A DNA stretch of 64,000 bases from Eledone cirrhosa (Eukaryota). Location of the stretch: the NCBI GenBank assembly GCA_964016885.1, contig OZ024740.1, positions 422,592,001-422,656,000 of the forward strand. The letters are read 5' to 3'. Shown piece after piece: positions 59,195 through 64,000 of the stretch (its first letter is position 1; each line of letters opens with the position of its first letter). The notes under the pieces are model-generated. The model had not been told where the DNA came from. It did no database searches and saw nothing but the letters and a program-made list of their open reading frames with translations. The position numbers were made by a program, and so were the translations under genes.

Positions 59195-59430
59195 AAGTGC
59201 TTTAATTCTAACTCAACCTTGATCAAGCAGATATGTGGTTAAAGGCATTCCACTTGTGACCATCCTATCTTAGTGCAGAGAACACATTATCCAATGTGTT
59301 CTTTTTTTTAAACTACCAACACGAGCGCTAATAATATACAAATTCGTTCCTTAATTTCAGTGATACTGTTTGAAATGATAGCATATTCTGTCAGTTTGTT
59401 TCTTATTTCTTTATTCTTCAGATGATGAAA

Positions 59431-59543
59431 GCGTGTGGCTGATTGGTTAGAGAATTGGATTCGCAATCGTGAGGTTGTCAGTTCAATTCCTGGACCGGGC
59501 GATACGTTATGTCCTTGAGCAAGACACTTTATTTCGCGTTGCC
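59431..59543 (+). mobile_element. Truncated tRNA-derived SINE (same family as 48917)
   Basis: TGGCTGATTGGTTAGAG...GTTCAATTCCTGGACCGGG...GTCCTTGAGCAAGACACTTTATTTC aligns with 48917-49025. Confidence 0.85.
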
Positions 59544-59648
59544 CCTTCTACCTGGAGTTGCGACCGAGAGATAGTATTAGCAATTGGAAAGACCAACGGA
59601 AACATTGTTTGACGAAAGTCGATCGACAAACTTTTTTAGATGATGTAC

Positions 59649-59697
59649 ATATTTTCTGATGAGAAACCAATATGGATCGAAAATCGAGTCAATATAT
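59649..59697 (+). ncRNA. Type I hammerhead-like motif with intact catalytic core
   Basis: ATATTTT-CTGATGA-GAAACCA ATA TGGATC-GAAA-ATCGAG-T-C-AATATAT: canonical CUGAUGA, GAAA, GUC triplet; stem I 6/7 pairs; stems II and III imperfect. Confidence 0.65.
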
Positions 59698-59783
59698 ATT
59701 ATATATTTTTTCTTTATTAAGACCAAGTTTGAGTCTTAGAGAGTATATATGTATATAAAACATATATATATATGTGTATATAA

Positions 59784-59870
59784 AACGAAAATGATATAGA
59801 AATGGCTTCTACAGAACTAAAACTATTTCATTCATACAAAAGTAAAGCCATTTCTATATTAAATTTCGTT
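59784..59870. repeat. Inverted-repeat (MITE-like) element, copy 2
   Basis: AACGAAAATGATATAGAAATGGCTT...AAGCCATTTCTATATTAAATTTCGTT; shares ATATAGAAATGGCTTCTACAGAACTA with the 48531 copy. Confidence 0.75.
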
Positions 59871-59912
59871 GTTCTCACTGTATTAAAATTACCCCCATTT
59901 CACCCGGGATAT

Positions 59913-59913
59913 C

Positions 59914-59944
<31 letters not shown>

Positions 59945-59983
59945 CTCTTTCTTTCTCTCTTTCTCTCTCTCTAGCTCTCTCTC
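59913..59983. repeat. (CTTT)n/(CT)n microsatellite
   Basis: Pyrimidine-rich simple repeat. Confidence 0.9.
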
Positions 59984-60510
59984 AGTAAAGGTAAACAACA
60001 ACACTTTGTTCGGTCTCTCGTCCATTGATAAGTTTTTCTCTTATTTAAACATTCCTATTATGTAATGTCTTTCCATATTTATTTGTGTTATAAGCTCTTC
60101 TGTAGTCTTTAATCAAGGCCGTATATATCACATATCTGTATATATATAGCCAATGTGTTTATGTGTATGTGTTTATATGTGTGTGTGTGTGTATATGTTT
60201 ATATATGTATATATAGCCGAGTGTTTATATACACACAGACACACACAAATGTATATTTATATACCCAGTTATTATATATATATATATATATATGAGCTAA
60301 TGTTCTTAGTAGCTGTTCTGTCTCTGTAAAAGTACAAAAAGCCTTTAGCTTGTCATTCTTCAATCAATACACATGTAAATGACAGTCCTTACAAAACTGT
60401 TTGTTTTTCTTCTCCCCGTTAGAAGTGGCTCGAGGATTTCGTCTCTGCTCGAGCATCCATTCTTTCTCCTATTCTATTATACAGTTCTTTCACCCTAGTA
60501 TGGATACAGT

Positions 60511-60617
<107 letters not shown>

Positions 60618-60775
60618 AGATGATCGTCTAGTATTGGTCAGTCATACTTGATGTTATGGAAGTATGAGAAGAAACTGTTAAGCAGCCATGAGGTAAGACT
60701 AAACATGGTTAAGTTACTTTGCTAACAGTGATGGCTGCTTAAGTTTAGCAAGATTATCTCTAATCTACCATTTAA

Positions 60776-60923
60776 GGTGGCGAATTGGTAGAGTTGTTAG
60801 AACGTCGGATAGAATGCTTTATGGTATTTGTCTCCGCTCTGAGTTCAAATCCAACCGAGGTCAACTTTGCCTTTCATCCTTTCGAGGTCGATAAAAAAGT
60901 ACCAGTCTAGTACTAGGGTCAAT
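60776..60923 (+). mobile_element. tRNA-derived SINE (family 2)
   Basis: GGTGGCGAATTGGTAGAGTTGTTAG head, B box GAGTTCAAATCC, then GAGGTCAACTTTGCCTTTCATCCTTTCGAGGTCGATAAAAAAGTACCAGT. Confidence 0.85.
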
Positions 60924-61464
60924 TCTCCCTCTAAATCTCTTTTTCACTTCAACTCTCATTTTCTATCCCTCTCTGGAAAAAAAAAAAATCTGTTCTAGTC
61001 AGAGGGATGGGCTCCGCCAGGCTTAAAATACCCGAGAAGCGCAGTATGCCAACATGGCCCCCTACGATTCCATTTGGAGTTACAGGACCACACCATTAAA
61101 TAGTAATAAAAAATATTTACTTCATCAATTACATAAAAATGATTGAGCAGTAATCTACTAAAACAAAAACACCATTAAAAGGAATGAAAAGAAGAAAAAG
61201 AAAAGGGGATCAAGCACCGAGAGAAAGGGGGAAGGGGGATACACAACACCCCAGTCTGAGCGGTGACTCAACCACACCCCGCGGAGAATGACCAGAGACA
61301 TCTGCAGCAATAGTCACCCCCACAACACGGGGCTTCCTCCTCAAGCGGGCCGCAGCCTTTCTTATGAAGAAAACTACTTCCAAATAAAATAATATAAAAA
61401 TGTCATATCACTCCAGTTAAAATATTTCATATAATTCATATAAATATGAGAAAACTGATCGCTA

Positions 61465-61679
61465 GAATAGCCGTTAAAATAGCTAAATGTTGTCAAAGAC
61501 AGTGATGGGCAAAAATGTCTCAGGACAGAAATCAGCGGCCAGTGGTCAAAAGAGACGATCCAGAAAGAAATATAGAAAAGATTGAAAGAGGACAAGGAGA
61601 CGTGTGTTGGCCGCTGTCCTCTGAGGCATTTTTGCCCATCGTTGTCATTGACAACACTTAGCTGTTTTAACGGCTGTTC
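61465..61679. repeat. Diverged long inverted repeat (MITE-like)
   Basis: Arms 61465-61541 and 61608-61679 (GAATAGCCGTTAAAATAGCTAAATGTTGTCAA... versus reverse complement GAACAGCCGTTAAAACAGCTAAGTGTTGTCAA...), 66-nt purine-rich spacer. Confidence 0.85.
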
Positions 61680-62413
61680 ATTTTTATATGTGAATTCAAA
61701 TGCTTCGTCTCGATCAGAGATAACATTGGTTTTTTCATTTAATTTCATATAATATTTTATTGAAAACAAAATCTTTGTTGCTGAAAGTAATAAAGCAGAT
61801 CCGGAACAATAGATAGAACTAGTTAGACTTACTACTTTCAATAAAAACCTACTGTTTTCTAAATAACTAATAATTGTTATGTTGTGACAGTTCACTGGGT
61901 GTATCTGTATCTATGACAGTTCAATCAGTGTATCTATTACAATTGTTGCAAAAAATTAACAGGGATGGGGGTGGTCAATATCTGAGAGTGCTGCTCCCTA
62001 TATGGTGAGCTGAGAAACGGTCTATATTGACTGCTATTTCTAGTGGCAGTTTGGACTCGTCACGTTTGTCTGTTTATACGAATATTTACTTAATTGATAG
62101 ATTTACGCATGCGAGCAGGATTAATTTCTTACACCACGCAGGTTCAATGAAGAATGAACATAATTCTATTAATCGGTATATATTATATAAGATGTTATAT
62201 ATATATAGTGAAAGAATGAAGAGTAACATGGTTGGCTGTACAATAAGGGGCTTTATATCCACGACGCAGAGTACTCAAAACCTCTAACTGGATTACCTAT
62301 AACTTGTTACCCTATATATATAGTAATAATAATAAATTTGAAGACTAAAATCCAAAGAGGGCTCGATAAGGATAAATATATATCAAATATATAAGAAACA
62401 TAGAGCAAATATT

Positions 62414-62578
62414 TATTAAAATAACAGATTAAAGTTTAAGCAAAGAATCGCTGCTTTCACCCTTAACGGGATCTTCTGAAACTAACAAAGTCAATCTATG
62501 AACGCAGAAGTGAATATTTCAAAAAACGTTGCAACCGGAGGAAGACAGGAAGACGATACTTTGGTTCGTGGAAACGTT
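62414..62578. repeat. Dispersed repeat, copy 2
   Basis: Same orientation as 52868-53033; 69 bp identical. Confidence 0.88.
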
Positions 62579-62850
62579 CCCTGGCAAAGAACGGGGAAAA
62601 ACGAATATAATACGTCATTATTTGGAGCGGTGAAAAACAATTACACGCAAATATATAAATTGGTGTCCGTATGCGGTAGGCCGTATGAGCACTCGATGCC
62701 CTCGTAGAGCAGAGTATGATATCACGGAAAAAATAGACTCAGTGTTGCGACGAAAGGAATTTATTGGACATATTACAATTGTTTCTCGGGAGACCAGCTC
62801 GAGGCACGATCGATATGGTGATCAAACCTGACTCTGAAATCGCGCGATCC

Positions 62851-62924
62851 TCGGATACGTCTCGATTCTACGAAGCAGATTTTCCAATAGGAAAATCTGC
62901 TTCGTAGAATCGAGACGTATCCGA
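62851..62924. repeat. Perfect 35-bp hairpin with 4-nt loop
   Basis: TCGGATACGTCTCGATTCTACGAAGCAGATTTTCC-AATA-GGAAAATCTGCTTCGTAGAATCGAGACGTATCCGA. Confidence 0.95.
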
Positions 62925-63563
62925 TGGTGGGGCGATTGTGCTGATAATAGCAATGAAGGGGAACAATTTGATTAAAATGAAACATACTTATCCAAGTACC
63001 CTGGGCAATGTAGCTTCAGAATATATATGGTTAAGGGGTCTATCTCCCAAACCATAGGAGTAGTTCGTGAACAAACAGACAGGAAGTACAACTTTATATA
63101 TATACCATACACACATGTGTATAAGTTATGAAGTGTATATTTACCTGAGATTTAGATAATTCTTAGCTTGTCACCGTCTCCTCTTCCACTTTCTTCCCTA
63201 ATAATCCTTGCTCTTCTCATTTATGGCATTTACAGACCTTTCATATACACACACATCTGCCCTTTATTCCTTCCCTCCTCTTTTCGTTATTTATATAATT
63301 AATTATGAAAACTTAATAAATATTATAATTTAAGTATCTTTTGAAAGCAATTATTAATTATTTGAGCTGATGTTGGGGAAGGTGGTGGTGGGGCAAGTTT
63401 GGGATTTTTAAGCCACTGTTGAGAATATTTAGAAGGTGGGATATACCACAGTTCCTTTGTGCTTATATATATATATATATATATAACGAAGGAGGCGTGG
63501 TAAGGAACCAGATGGACCATAACGTACCAGAGTACTCAATACTTAGGGTAGTAGAGTGGGTAA

Positions 63564-63683
63564 TAGGCAAATGTTTGACCTCGACGGCAGAGCTCAAGCC
63601 AGCTATTCGGCAGCTATTTCTGGACGTCCAGAAATAGACGTCGAAACGGCTTGACCTCTGCCGTCGAGGTCAAACATTTTCCT

Positions 63684-63684
<1 letters not shown>
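63564..63684. repeat. ~120-bp imperfect palindrome without spacer
   Basis: Perfect 24-bp centre CTATTTCTGGAC|GTCCAGAAATAG (63614-63637); outer arms 35/37 identical. Confidence 0.93.

Positions 63685-63768
<84 letters not shown>
63684..63768. repeat. (CA)n microsatellite
   Basis: About 42 units with one GA interruption. Confidence 0.95.
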
Positions 63769-63771
<3 letters not shown>

Positions 63772-64000
63772 GTATGTGTTCAATTATAGGGGATAGAATA
63801 CCACTAGGGTCAAAATCATATCTACGAACAGAATGAGTCTTTAACTCCGTTTTTAATTTGACGCATGTATGTATGTATGGTTTATCTAATGACAAAACAT
63901 CCATTGGGGCAATACAAGCTAGACCAACTTATATCAGAAAGTTTTCCTGGCAGCATCTACCTAACTGCTGTTTCTGGAATTAAGAAACTATTAGTTATCA

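Noticed and set aside
61374-62985. ORFs 61374-61895, 62027, 62498 and 62773
   Set aside because: No recognisable domains; they overlap inverted or dispersed repeats.

Overview
AT-rich eukaryotic (animal) genomic DNA with no supportable host gene. The repeat content (tRNA-derived SINEs, RTE 3' end with GAT tail, very abundant TA/CA microsatellites) looks to me like a coleoid cephalopod (octopus); this is recognition from memory and is unverified. Bases 1-43446 are a 47-bp satellite array of about 930 monomers with irregular, nested higher-order structure and a diverged right edge. The remaining ~20 kb is a repeat mosaic: 66-bp, 29-bp and 42-bp tandem arrays; a 5'-truncated Penelope-like element (RT YVDD + GIY-YIG, one frameshift) whose 3' ~620-660 bp is also present inverted at its 5' side, apparently nested in a Helitron-like non-autonomous element; an RTE fragment; four SINEs; several long hairpins. 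The most notable signal is a dense set of minimal hammerhead-ribozyme-like motifs (about ten in 15 kb, on both strands, mostly in unrelated sequence contexts), two of which keep a plausibly functional core. This points to several Penelope/retrozyme-type non-autonomous families. Apart from the RTE and Penelope-like remnants, the listed ORFs are repeat artefacts or have no recognisable domain.
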